A DNA stretch of 55,099 nt from a bacterium. GTDB lineage: Bacteria; Patescibacteriota; Minisyncoccia; UBA6257; JAGOQP01. The notes under the pieces are model-generated. The model made no database searches. It saw only the letters and a program-made list of their open reading frames with translations, and was not told where the DNA came from. Every line of letters begins with the position of its first letter. Within the stretch, counting starts at the first letter, position 1. The translations under genes were made by a program, and so were the position numbers. Location of the stretch: NCBI GenBank assembly GCA_021780155.1, contig JAJXZH010000024.1, forward strand, positions 1 through 55,099. The letters run 5' to 3'. Of the stretch, positions 8,510-17,839 are shown in pieces.

Positions 8510-9631
8510 TTAAGAAGATTTAATCGGCATCACAATATAAACATAACTTGGATCATCTGCGGATTTTATCAAGCTGGCTTTTTCTTCTCCATTAAACCCG
8601 ATAAATACCGACTGATTTTTTAAATTTTTTAATCCGTCCAATATAAATTTCCAGTTAAAAATAACTTTAGCCACCGTTCCTTTTGTTTTTGCCGGTAATA
8701 AATATTCGCTTTCTCCAAATTCCTGACTGGAAGAAAAAACTCTTATATTTTTTAAACTCTCATCGGTAATAAATTTTACTTCATTTAATCTATTTGAGAG
8801 AGAGCCGGATAATTTTAAAGCTCCAACTAAATCATCTCTGTCCATTATCGCTTCCGTTTCAAAATCTTTAGGAATAATAAATTCGTATTCGGGAAACTTT
8901 CCTTCAATTAACCGAGAAAATAATTTTATATTTTCGCTTTCAACCGATATTTGATTTGATTCAAAAAATATTTTAATTTTTTCCTCTTTTTTTAACGAAA
9001 ATATTCTTATTATTTCCGATGCTGTTTTTAATGGAATAATAAAAGAAATTTCTTTTTCAAATTGAGATTCTACTTTTTTATCGGATATCATTTTTTCCGC
9101 CAATCTAAAACTATCGGTGGCCGCCAATCTTATTTCGCTATTTTTAAACCAAAAATTAACCCCGCTTAACTCCGGTCTAATATCTGAAACTTGGCAAGCG
9201 GAAGTAACTGAAGATAAAGATTCTATAAAATAATTTGCCTCACATTCGCAAAAATTTGTTTTTTTGTTTTTTATTTCCGGAATTATCGGAAAATCGTCTT
9301 TGGAAACAGTGGATATCTTGGCTTTATAATTATCCGATGTAATTAATAATAAATTTTCTTTCTTTTCTAAACTGATTCTTTCGGAGGTTAAATTATTTAT
9401 TATTTGGTTAAAAATATTGTAAGGAATAACCAAAGATCCTTCTTTTATAATTTTAGCGGAGATTAAAACATTTATTCCTATTTCAAGGTCGGTTGAAGAA
9501 AGTTTTAATTTCTCTCCTTGAGTTTCCAGAAGAAAGTTTTTTAATATCGGTAAATTACCACTTTCTTTTCTGCCTCCTGAGATTATCGATAGTGCTTCTT
9601 TTAGATTATTTTTTAAAACAATGATGTTCAT
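8510..9631 (-). CDS. dnaN: DNA polymerase III beta sliding clamp
   Basis: LPILKN, STDLEI, ATDSFRLAE, SRLIEGKFPEY, YIVMPI. Confidence 0.97.
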   Translation of the reverse strand: MNIIVLKNNLKEALSIISGGRKESGNLPILKNFLLETQGEKLKLSSTDLEIGINVLISAKIIKEGSLVIPYNIFNQIINNLTSERISLEKKENLLLITSDNYKAKISTVSKDDFPIIPEIKNKKTNFCECEANYFIESLSSVTSACQVSDIRPELSGVNFWFKNSEIRLAATDSFRLAEKMISDKKVESQFEKEISFIIPLKTASEIIRIFSLKKEEKIKIFFESNQISVESENIKLFSRLIEGKFPEYEFIIPKDFETEAIMDRDDLVGALKLSGSLSNRLNEVKFITDESLKNIRVFSSSQEFGESEYLLPAKTKGTVAKVIFNWKFILDGLKNLKNQSVFIGFNGEEKASLIKSADDPSYVYIVMPIKSS

Positions 9632-9796
9632 ACTCCTATTGTATTATTAATAATATATAAATAGTAGTTATAGTTATAGTAAATGTTAATATGTTGATAA
9701 TTCGTAAAGCTCAGTTTTTATAACGAATAATAACAATTGTAATTTTAATTAACTGGATATAACTTGTTTATAAATTATGAATAGTAATTTAATAAC
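9632..9796 (-). other. oriC: Probable oriC unwinding region (DnaA box, DnaA-trio-like repeats, AT-rich DUE)
   Basis: Minus strand reads TTATCAACA-TATTAACA-TTT-ACTATAACTATAACTACTAT-TTATATATTATTAATAATA in the dnaA-dnaN spacer, the same layout as the Bacillus subtilis unwinding element. Confidence 0.7.
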
Positions 9797-11176
9797 TTAA
9801 GAACGACTTTTGTTAATGGATTCTTTTATAAGGACTATTTTTTGGTTTAAATTTTTATCCGACATTATTTTACCTGATATTTTGTTGTAAGAATGAATAG
9901 CGGTGGTGTGATCTCTTTTTCCCAACTTATCCCCAATATCCGGATAAGACATCCCCAACATATCCCTCAACAGAAACATAACTATTTGTCTCGGCATGAC
10001 TACTTCTTTTCGTCTTGATTTGGTAATTATGTCTTGAGGATTAATTTCAAAAAAATCAGAAACGCATTTAATCACCAGCTGAGGATTGATGTTAACCATA
10101 TTTTGCTGAAGAGTGGCGTTGATTATTTCTTCGGCTGTTTTGGCATCAATTTCATTATTTTTAAATTCTTTATAAAAAAATAATTTGTTTATTATCCCTT
10201 CTATCTCTCTGATGTTTCTTTGAATTTTGACGGCGATAATGTGATTGACTTCATCGGGGAAAATAATATTTTTTTCCAGAGTCTTGTTTTTTATAATAGC
10301 CAGTTTCATTTCATAATCGGGATAAGTGATGTCGGCAATCATTCCGCCTTCAAAGCGCGATCTTAGCCTGTCTTCAAGCGTCGGGATTTGAGATGGGGGC
10401 CTATCCGAAGACAAAATAATTTGCTTGTTGTTTTGATAAAGAATATTGAAGGTGTGGAAAAATTCTTCCTCACTTCTTTCTTTTCCTCCAATAAATTGAA
10501 TGTCGTCTATAATCAAAACATCCACCGTCCTATATTTATTTTTAATATCGTCCATTCTTTTTGTTCTGATTGCCCAAACGACATCATTAACAAATTTTTC
10601 CGAAGGAACATATTTTACTTTAATTCTGCCTTTAAAATTTTTGAGTATTTCATTTCCAATCGCCTGAATTAAATGGGTTTTTCCCAATCCTGTTCCTCCA
10701 TAAACAAAAAGAGGATTATATTTTTTTCCGGGCTCTTTGCTTACGGCATTAGCGGCGGCGTAAGCCAATTCATTTGAAGATCCGACGACAAAATTTTTAA
10801 AACAATATTTAGGATGAAGATTTGTTTCCGGGTCGGCGGCAAATTCAATAAATCCTATCTGACCAACCCCTCCTTGCTCGGGAACTTTTTTATCGTCCGA
10901 ATAAATTCTTTTGTTTATATTGCTGTCGGTTAAAACGACATAATCAATTTTATTTATAGCAGGGTCGAGATTTCTCATAATTTCCAAAATCATCTTGCTG
11001 TATTTTGATTGGATCCATTCTTTGGCGAAATTATTGCTTACGCCGATAACAATCGTTCCCGACTGCTCGTTTTTTTCCATAGGGCGACTATTTTTAAACC
11101 AAGTTAAAAAATTGGGTTTTGAAATTTGAAGTTCTACGTCGGATAAAGTTTTTTCCCACAATTTTTTTAGGTCCAT
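9797..11176 (-). CDS. dnaA: Chromosomal replication initiator DnaA
   Basis: YNPLFVYGGTGLGKTHL, DDIQF, RLRSRF, RDHTT. Confidence 0.98.
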   Translation of the reverse strand: MDLKKLWEKTLSDVELQISKPNFLTWFKNSRPMEKNEQSGTIVIGVSNNFAKEWIQSKYSKMILEIMRNLDPAINKIDYVVLTDSNINKRIYSDDKKVPEQGGVGQIGFIEFAADPETNLHPKYCFKNFVVGSSNELAYAAANAVSKEPGKKYNPLFVYGGTGLGKTHLIQAIGNEILKNFKGRIKVKYVPSEKFVNDVVWAIRTKRMDDIKNKYRTVDVLIIDDIQFIGGKERSEEEFFHTFNILYQNNKQIILSSDRPPSQIPTLEDRLRSRFEGGMIADITYPDYEMKLAIIKNKTLEKNIIFPDEVNHIIAVKIQRNIREIEGIINKLFFYKEFKNNEIDAKTAEEIINATLQQNMVNINPQLVIKCVSDFFEINPQDIITKSRRKEVVMPRQIVMFLLRDMLGMSYPDIGDKLGKRDHTTAIHSYNKISGKIMSDKNLNQKIVLIKESINKSRS

Positions 11177-11243
11177 TTTATTATTGAATTAAAATTTTAT
11201 TTTAAAGAAAGGTTTTTAATAAAACAAAGAACAAATACACTTT

Positions 11244-11458
11244 TTATCAACAGGTCTGAGACATCGGAGAATAAGATATTTCCTATTCTAAACAAAAAAA
11301 CAATTTAAATATAGACCATAAAATTGTGAAATGTTGATAACCTGTTAATTTCTTTTTTTGAATGATAATAATCATTTTTATTGTGAGTGTCCAGACTTGA
11401 TTAAAACCTTATTTATTGTCCTGTTTTTCAAATTATCCAAAAAATAGAATTATTAACA
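11244..11458. promoter_or_regulatory. DnaA-box-like cluster upstream of dnaA
   Basis: TTATCAACA 11244-11252, TGTTGATAA 11332-11340, TTATCCAAA 11433-11441, TTATTAACA 11450-11458. Confidence 0.55.
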
Positions 11459-11541
11459 AAAAATGATTTGAAATGACAATTTTTTTGAAATTATTCCGAT
11501 TTTGAGATATATTTTATTCAGAATTTTAAAAAGGAGGGGGT

Positions 11542-12099
11542 TTGAGCAAGAGAAACACAGAGCATCATCGGCTACCCAAGAGCCGATGCACAGAATTTAA
11601 AGTCAATCCCGACGATTTTCGCAATAAGATATTAAAAACAGAAAAAGAACATCGAGCTTACCATACTATTTTTGCCGACTTAACGCCGGAAGAGGCGGTA
11701 AAGAAGCTTATCTTGGAATGGTTTCCTGGACCAACTTTGTTTTCGCCTGTTTTTATAAAAAATAAAAATCTCAGATCTTATTACAAGCAAGTTTGGTTTG
11801 AAAAAAACAAATCAATTTCGGCAAAAACGAATTTTCAATGCGAAAATTGCGGATGCCGATTGGTGGAGTTTGGAAAAAATAATGGAGTTTTGGAATTTAA
11901 TTGCGAGAATTGCGGTCAAGATGCCAGATGGGCGTGTGTCCTTTGCAGAAAACCATCAAAGTTGGAAATTGACAAAGAAAAAAATATTTATATCTGCAAA
12001 AGATGTTTAATAAATTTGGTAAAAAAAGGAATTCACCTTCCCAAAAAATACCGAATATACTCAAACAAAATAAGAGAGATTTATAAAAATATTTTTTGA
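11542..12099 (+). CDS. Hypothetical protein with an HNH-like N-terminus and four CxxC motifs
   Basis: EHHRLPKSR...N...EHRAYHTIF; CENC, CENC, CVLC, CKRC; strong SD AAGGAGG. Confidence 0.6.
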   Translation: MSKRNTEHHRLPKSRCTEFKVNPDDFRNKILKTEKEHRAYHTIFADLTPEEAVKKLILEWFPGPTLFSPVFIKNKNLRSYYKQVWFEKNKSISAKTNFQCENCGCRLVEFGKNNGVLEFNCENCGQDARWACVLCRKPSKLEIDKEKNIYICKRCLINLVKKGIHLPKKYRIYSNKIREIYKNIF

Positions 12100-12111
12100 A
12101 CATTTTAAAAA

Positions 12112-12141
12112 CGCGGCTGTTAAAACGGCCGCGCTTATTTT
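12112..12141 (+). terminator. Intrinsic terminator
   Basis: CGCGGCTGTT/AACGGCCGCG hairpin with a T-rich tail. Confidence 0.6.
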
Positions 12142-12175
12142 AATGGTTTTTTTGTGTTAAAATTTAAAAACAAGA

Positions 12176-13033
12176 ATGAAAAACACTTTTGAGAACAACA
12201 AAGCAAGCGGAATTGAAAAAAAAGAAATTATTGAAAAGGCGCTTTTTTTGTCGCGAGAAATAATAAAAAGGACTCAAATCAAGGAAGCGGACTTTCAAGA
12301 ACTTTATGGAAAAGAAGAAATAGAAAGAGATTCAAATTATGTAGAAAAAAGGACAAATGATTTTAAAAACAGCAATCAAGAAAATTCTGAAAATGCAAAA
12401 TTAGGAGAGATATTTGAAGCGATAACGGCGGTTGCCAGAGAGTGGTTTGGAAAAAATACTCAAACCATAAAAACGTCAAGATATGACGATATTGCTAACG
12501 GAATTGATTTAATTGCCGAGCTTTCAAAAGACGAAGAGGGGATTTTTGTGGGAGAAATAGGCTTGGCTATAGATGTCACTTTCAGTAATGAATTTGAAGA
12601 TAAATTGGAAAAAATAAGAAAAGAAATAGATGAAGATAGATTGCCTAAAATAAAATATTTTGAGTCAAAAAAAAGAAAAATTAAAGGTCAATTATCGGAC
12701 GTTGTCAGAGTAGTAATTACAGCCTCAAAAGAAACGGTTTTAGAATTATCGGAAACTCTTATTTCGGCAACTAAAAATCCGAAAATTCTTTTTGAAAACC
12801 AATTTCAATTTCAGGCGCTTGAAGAAATTATAATTCAGCTAAAAACTTACCAAAGATATGCTCAATCGTTGGGAAGAAAAGATTTGGCGGAAAGATTTCA
12901 AAAAGCGTTGTCTTTGATGCTTTATGTAAAAAAAGAAAGAACTCAAACAATTGAAGATAAAAAAGAAAGAGACTCGGCTTTTGATAAACTTGAATCTTAT
13001 TTATCTTCAGATTTTCAGACTTCAATCAATTGA
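12176..13033 (+). CDS. Hypothetical protein, possible PD-(D/E)xK-like fold
   Basis: Long ORF; E...YDD...GIDL...AIDVT pattern. Confidence 0.6.
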   Translation: MKNTFENNKASGIEKKEIIEKALFLSREIIKRTQIKEADFQELYGKEEIERDSNYVEKRTNDFKNSNQENSENAKLGEIFEAITAVAREWFGKNTQTIKTSRYDDIANGIDLIAELSKDEEGIFVGEIGLAIDVTFSNEFEDKLEKIRKEIDEDRLPKIKYFESKKRKIKGQLSDVVRVVITASKETVLELSETLISATKNPKILFENQFQFQALEEIIIQLKTYQRYAQSLGRKDLAERFQKALSLMLYVKKERTQTIEDKKERDSAFDKLESYLSSDFQTSIN

Positions 13034-13064
13034 TTTTTGATATAAAACCTGATAATCTTTTTTT

Positions 13065-13199
13065 ATGTCAAGAACATATCAGCCAAAGAAAAAAAAGCGC
13101 GCCAGAACTCACGGATTTTTGAGAAGGTCATTAAGTTCTTCGGGAAAAAGAGTTCTATCAAGAAGGCGAGCAAAAGGCAGAAAAAGGTTGTCGGTTTAA
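13065..13199 (+). CDS. rpmH: 50S ribosomal protein L34
   Basis: Manual translation [44 protein letters not shown]; directly upstream of rnpA. Confidence 0.97.
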   Translation: MSRTYQPKKKKRARTHGFLRRSLSSSGKRVLSRRRAKGRKRLSV

Positions 13200-13230
13200 T
13201 TTTTAAACTTTCGGAGTTTTGTTTTTTGCT

Positions 13231-13572
13231 ATGCTCGCTAAAAAATATAAGTTAACGACGGCATTTTTTAATAAAAACAATTCCGTCGCTAAAAATCTTT
13301 TGTTATCTCGTCAGTCAAGTGGATTTAATTTGAAAGTTTTTGACTCGCCGCTTGATTACAGCCGATTTGCCGTTATCGCTTCGCTTTCTGTTTTTAAGAA
13401 AGCAACAGAAAGGAACAAATACAAAAGAATGATTTATGATGCGATAAGAAAGTCCGGGTTTTATAAAATTCCCAAAAGAAATATCGTCATCTATCTTAAG
13501 CCCGAGATTGTTGGAAAAAATCCTCAAGAAGTGGAAGTGATTGTCTCTGATTTTCTTAAAAAACTAAAATAA
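13231..13572 (+). CDS. rnpA: Ribonuclease P protein component
   Basis: SRFAVI, KKATERNKYKR (RNR-like motif); rpmH-rnpA-yidC synteny. Confidence 0.9.
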   Translation: MLAKKYKLTTAFFNKNNSVAKNLLLSRQSSGFNLKVFDSPLDYSRFAVIASLSVFKKATERNKYKRMIYDAIRKSGFYKIPKRNIVIYLKPEIVGKNPQEVEVIVSDFLKKLK

Positions 13573-13573
13573 A

Positions 13574-14311
13574 ATGTCATATCTATTCAACGAATTTTTA
13601 TATAGGCCATTATTGAATCTTTTGTTTTTGATTTATAACAACACGATTGCCGATGTTGGAGTATCGGTTATTTTGCTGACAATTTTAATCAGGTTGATTT
13701 TGCTTCCGATTTTTTATAAGAGCGCCAAAGATCAGACGATTTTACAAAAAATAACCCCGCGAATAAAAGAACTTCAAAAAATACACAAAGACAACAAAGA
13801 AAAGCAAGTAGAAGAAATAATGAAAGTTTATAAAGAGCATAAAGTTAATCCATTTTCGGGATTTATTTTGCTTTTGATTCAGATACCGATTCTTATCGCT
13901 TTATATAGAGTTTTTCTGAACGGATTTTCAAAAAATGTTTTGTCGGGATTGTATTCTTTTGTCTTGCCGCCTCAAAACATACACACGATGTTTTTGGGGA
14001 TTATAGACTTAACCTCTAAAAATATTTGGATAGTGGTTATTGCCGGAGTTTTCCAATATTTGCAATCAAAATTGATGATGAATATGTCAAAGATTGCGGC
14101 GGGCTCTAATCAAGGAAAAGAAGTTGATATTGCCCAAAAAATTTCAAGGAATATGATGATAATGGGACCGGTTTTGACGGTTTTGATTTTATATCCGTTA
14201 CCATCGGTGGTTGCTTTATATTGGTTGACAACCTCCGCGTTTTCAGTTATTCAACAGATAGTTATAAATAAAAAAATTCTTAAAAATGAACGAAACAAAA
14301 GCACTAATTGA
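13574..14311 (+). CDS. yidC: Membrane protein insertase YidC/Oxa1 (short form)
   Basis: LTILIRLILLP, LLIQIPIL, LYWLT. Confidence 0.95.
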   Translation: MSYLFNEFLYRPLLNLLFLIYNNTIADVGVSVILLTILIRLILLPIFYKSAKDQTILQKITPRIKELQKIHKDNKEKQVEEIMKVYKEHKVNPFSGFILLLIQIPILIALYRVFLNGFSKNVLSGLYSFVLPPQNIHTMFLGIIDLTSKNIWIVVIAGVFQYLQSKLMMNMSKIAAGSNQGKEVDIAQKISRNMMIMGPVLTVLILYPLPSVVALYWLTTSAFSVIQQIVINKKILKNERNKSTN

Positions 14312-14717
14312 AAAATTAATAAAATTGATGGGGTTTGAAGATTTTTCGGTTTCTCTCGTTGAGGACTCCAAAAGGTATTTAATATTTATAAACGACGCCC
14401 CGTTCTTAAAAAGATTTATCCCCCAAATGATTTCCGATTTGGAGTTTTTAGTGAAGATGATTTTGAGTAAAAAGAATTTTGATTATGTTTATATTGATAT
14501 AAACAATTATAGAAAAGAAAGAGAAGATTTAATTGTCGAATTGGCAAAGGCGGCGGCAAAAAAAGTTTCAATAACCAAAAAAGAAGTTGCATTGCCGGCG
14601 ATGAATGCTTACGAAAGAAGAATTGTCCATTCGCAATTAGCGATGCGTCCGGACCTAAAAACCGAAAGCACCGGCGAAGGCAAACAAAGAAAAGTAATAA
14701 TCAAACCGATTGAATAA
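14286..14717 (+). CDS. jag: Jag/EloR-like R3H RNA-binding protein (short form)
   Basis: DINNYR, MNAYERRIVH, TESTGEG; follows yidC. Confidence 0.88.
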   Translation: MNETKALIEKLIKLMGFEDFSVSLVEDSKRYLIFINDAPFLKRFIPQMISDLEFLVKMILSKKNFDYVYIDINNYRKEREDLIVELAKAAAKKVSITKKEVALPAMNAYERRIVHSQLAMRPDLKTESTGEGKQRKVIIKPIE

Positions 14718-14899
14718 AAAACCGACCAAGATCTAAAACTGGCGGTTTTTTATTTGCTTGTTTTTTTCGCTTATCTACAACTTATTTTTTAATTAATCTT
14801 TGTTATTGATGGTCGTTTTTTAATTGTATTAATATATTTTATTTAGTGATGGAAAAACAGACAAAATGACAGGGAATAATAATGTGATACAATAAAAAA

Positions 14900-17341
14900 A
14901 TGAAGACATTATTATTGATAGATGCCAATTCGCTTATTCATCGCTGTTTTCATGCGTTGCCTCCATTCACTAACCCCAAAGGAGAACCCGTCGGGGCTCT
15001 TTTTGGAATTTCAAACATTCTCCTTAAAATTATTTCCGATAAAAAACCGGATTATGCCGTAGCTTGTTTTGATAGACCCGAGCCGACATTCAGAAAAAAA
15101 ATGTTTTCTGATTATAAAGCCCAAAGACCAAAAGCACCCGATGAGTTGGTTTCTCAGATAATTGGCGCTCACAAACTTTTTGAAAGTTTCTCCGTTAAAT
15201 TTGCGGAAATTCCCGGATATGAAGCCGATGATATTATTGGTTCTTTAGCCAAAAAATCCGAAGAAATAAAAGACATAAAAACTATTATTTTAACCGGCGA
15301 TCTTGATTCTCTTCAGTTGGTAAAAGACGGAAAAATTATTGTTGATACTTTTAAAAAAGGAATTTCCGAAACAATTGTTTATGACGAAGAAAAGGTTAAA
15401 GAAAGATACGGAATAAAATCAGACCAGCTTATTGATTATAAAGCTCTTGTCGGAGACGCTTCGGATAACATTCCCGGCGTTTTCGGTATCGGTCCTAAAG
15501 CGGCAACCTTTATATTGCAAAAATATGAAACGTTGGAAAATTTTTTGAAAAATGGCGTTAAAGAAAAATACTACGAGAAAATAAAAGAACAGGAAAAAAC
15601 AGCTCTGCTTTCAAGGCAATTGGCCGAGATTGATCAGAATGCTCCTATTGATTTTAATCTTAATAATTTTATTTTTGCGCCCAACAAAGATAAAATGCTG
15701 GAATATTTCAAAGAAAACGACTTTTCCAGCTCTATCAAGAGATTGGAGAAAAATTTTTTTCAGGAAAGTAAAAGCGACGACAATTTTAAAAAAGAAGAAA
15801 AAATCGAAATAATAAAAAATGTCCAAACAGAAATTTTCAAAAAAGAAAATTTAATTTTAATAACCGAACAATCCATCAAGTCGCTTTCTTTGGAAGATTT
15901 AAACTCCAAAAAAGAAAAAATCGGATATGACTTAAAGTTGTTTTTTAAAGAAATAAATTTTGCTCGTCCCATTTTTGATATTGCCATCGCGTTAAAACTT
16001 TTGGGGATGGATTTTGGCGATTGGCAAGATGCTTCTTTGAAATTATTCAAACAAAATTTGCCTCAAGATGATTTTCTTTTGAAATCCTATAATTGGCTGG
16101 TTGGTAAGATTAAAGAAAAAGGACTTGAAAAAATAATGTATCAAATTGAAATGCCTCTTTTGCCGACAATCGCCAAAATGGAAAGCAATGGCATTTTAAT
16201 CGATAAAAAGGTCTTGGAAAAAACAGAAAAAGAATTAAAAGAGGCGCTAAAAATATCTCAAGACGAACTTTCAAAAATAATCGGCAAAGATATAAATCCC
16301 AATTCCCCAAAACAACTTTTGGATTATTTTAAAAATACTCTCAATCTAAAAATAAATTCCACTTCCGCCGAGGCGATAGAAAAAGCCGAAGAAAAAAATA
16401 ATCTTCCGGTTTTTGGCGCGTTGGTTTTGTATCGGGAAATTTTCAAGCTCAAAACCACTTATGTTGATGCTTTTAAAAAATTAATCGCTTCTGACGGGAG
16501 AATTCATCCGACATTTTTGCAATTAGGAGCGGCAACCGGACGACTTTCCTGCCAAAATCCAAACTTGCAAAACATTCCTCAGGAATCCCAATGGTCTCAA
16601 AAAATAAGAAGTATTTTTGTGGCTCCGTCAGGGAAAGAATTGGTTTCTTTTGACTACTCTCAAATAGAATTAAGAGTTTTGGCGTCGCTTACCGGAGACA
16701 AACAAATGATTGAAACATTCAAAAGTGGCGGCGACATTCACACGACAACGGCAGAAAAAATATTTGGAGTTTCCAAAGAACAGGTCACAAAACAAATGAG
16801 ACGATTGGCAAAAACGCTCAATTTCGGAATGGTCTATGGGATGGGGCCAAGAGCTTTTGCTCAAGGAGCAAAAATTTCATTAAAAGAAGCTCAAGATTTT
16901 ATTAAAAAATATTTTGAACAATTCCCGTCTATAAAAGAATGGGAAAAAAGAATTTTAAGCGAAGCGCGTCGAGAAGGAGTTTCAAAAAATATAAATGGAA
17001 GGTTTCGCGATGTGTCGCAAATCAACTCGGTCAATCAGAGATTTTCTTCCGAGGCGGAAAGAATGGCTAAAAATATGCCCAGTCAAAGTTTGGCGGCGGA
17101 TATTTTGAAATTGGCGATGATTGGCGCCGATGAATACATAAAAGACAAGGAGGCAAAAATGATTCTTTCCATTCACGACGAATTAATTTTTGAAGTTGAC
17201 GGATCTTTAATAAACAAAAAAGGAGAGAGCCGTTTTATCCAAGATATAAAATCTATTATGGAAAATTCTTTTGAATTGAAAGTTCCGCTTCAAGTTGAAA
17301 TAAAAACAGGAGAAAACTGGGGGAATATGAATAGTTATTGA
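14900..17341 (+). CDS. polA: DNA polymerase I
   Basis: 5'-3' exonuclease (EADD, GDASDNIPGV); polymerase motifs DYSQIELR, KTLNFGMVYG, IHDEL. Confidence 0.97.
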   Translation: MKTLLLIDANSLIHRCFHALPPFTNPKGEPVGALFGISNILLKIISDKKPDYAVACFDRPEPTFRKKMFSDYKAQRPKAPDELVSQIIGAHKLFESFSVKFAEIPGYEADDIIGSLAKKSEEIKDIKTIILTGDLDSLQLVKDGKIIVDTFKKGISETIVYDEEKVKERYGIKSDQLIDYKALVGDASDNIPGVFGIGPKAATFILQKYETLENFLKNGVKEKYYEKIKEQEKTALLSRQLAEIDQNAPIDFNLNNFIFAPNKDKMLEYFKENDFSSSIKRLEKNFFQESKSDDNFKKEEKIEIIKNVQTEIFKKENLILITEQSIKSLSLEDLNSKKEKIGYDLKLFFKEINFARPIFDIAIALKLLGMDFGDWQDASLKLFKQNLPQDDFLLKSYNWLVGKIKEKGLEKIMYQIEMPLLPTIAKMESNGILIDKKVLEKTEKELKEALKISQDELSKIIGKDINPNSPKQLLDYFKNTLNLKINSTSAEAIEKAEEKNNLPVFGALVLYREIFKLKTTYVDAFKKLIASDGRIHPTFLQLGAATGRLSCQNPNLQNIPQESQWSQKIRSIFVAPSGKELVSFDYSQIELRVLASLTGDKQMIETFKSGGDIHTTTAEKIFGVSKEQVTKQMRRLAKTLNFGMVYGMGPRAFAQGAKISLKEAQDFIKKYFEQFPSIKEWEKRILSEARREGVSKNINGRFRDVSQINSVNQRFSSEAERMAKNMPSQSLAADILKLAMIGADEYIKDKEAKMILSIHDELIFEVDGSLINKKGESRFIQDIKSIMENSFELKVPLQVEIKTGENWGNMNSY

Positions 17342-17388
17342 TTTTTTAATCTGACAAAATTAAAACCGGCAAAATGCCGGTTTGGTTT

Positions 17389-17742
17389 TTACATAATTTT
17401 ATTTTGGACGACGACTTCTTCGGTATAAAGTTGAATATCCCCCTCTTCGACTCCTTTCTCGTCGGATGACGCTTTTAATTCTCGGGCGATCTCAACCAAA
17501 TCTTTCGGGTTGAAATCTATGTAGCTGGTGGCTCCGCAATCACATTTTCCGGCAAGCATAAAAACAAAATTTCCCGGAGTTTTCTTATTTCTTGAAAAAT
17601 CGACAGGCAATGTCGTTGAATCGGAAGTTACCGAATAAAATATTTTTACAGCCAATTGCTTGAGCTCTATCGATTCGCCGCATCGATTGCATTTAGCCGG
17701 AATAAATCTCAGTTTTGCCATAAAGCGCCGGCTCATTGGCAT
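17389..17742 (-). CDS. Hypothetical zinc-binding protein
   Basis: CNRC...CDC; SD AAGGAGG; upstream TTGACA. Confidence 0.6.
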   Translation of the reverse strand: MPMSRRFMAKLRFIPAKCNRCGESIELKQLAVKIFYSVTSDSTTLPVDFSRNKKTPGNFVFMLAGKCDCGATSYIDFNPKDLVEIARELKASSDEKGVEEGDIQLYTEEVVVQNKIM

Positions 17743-17839
17743 TGTGTCCCTCCTTTGGTTTAAGTCCTAAATTTATTCTAAGGTTGCAATCTTTTTTGTC
17801 AATAAAAATCCGGCGTTTAGGCCGGAAATAAAATGACTT

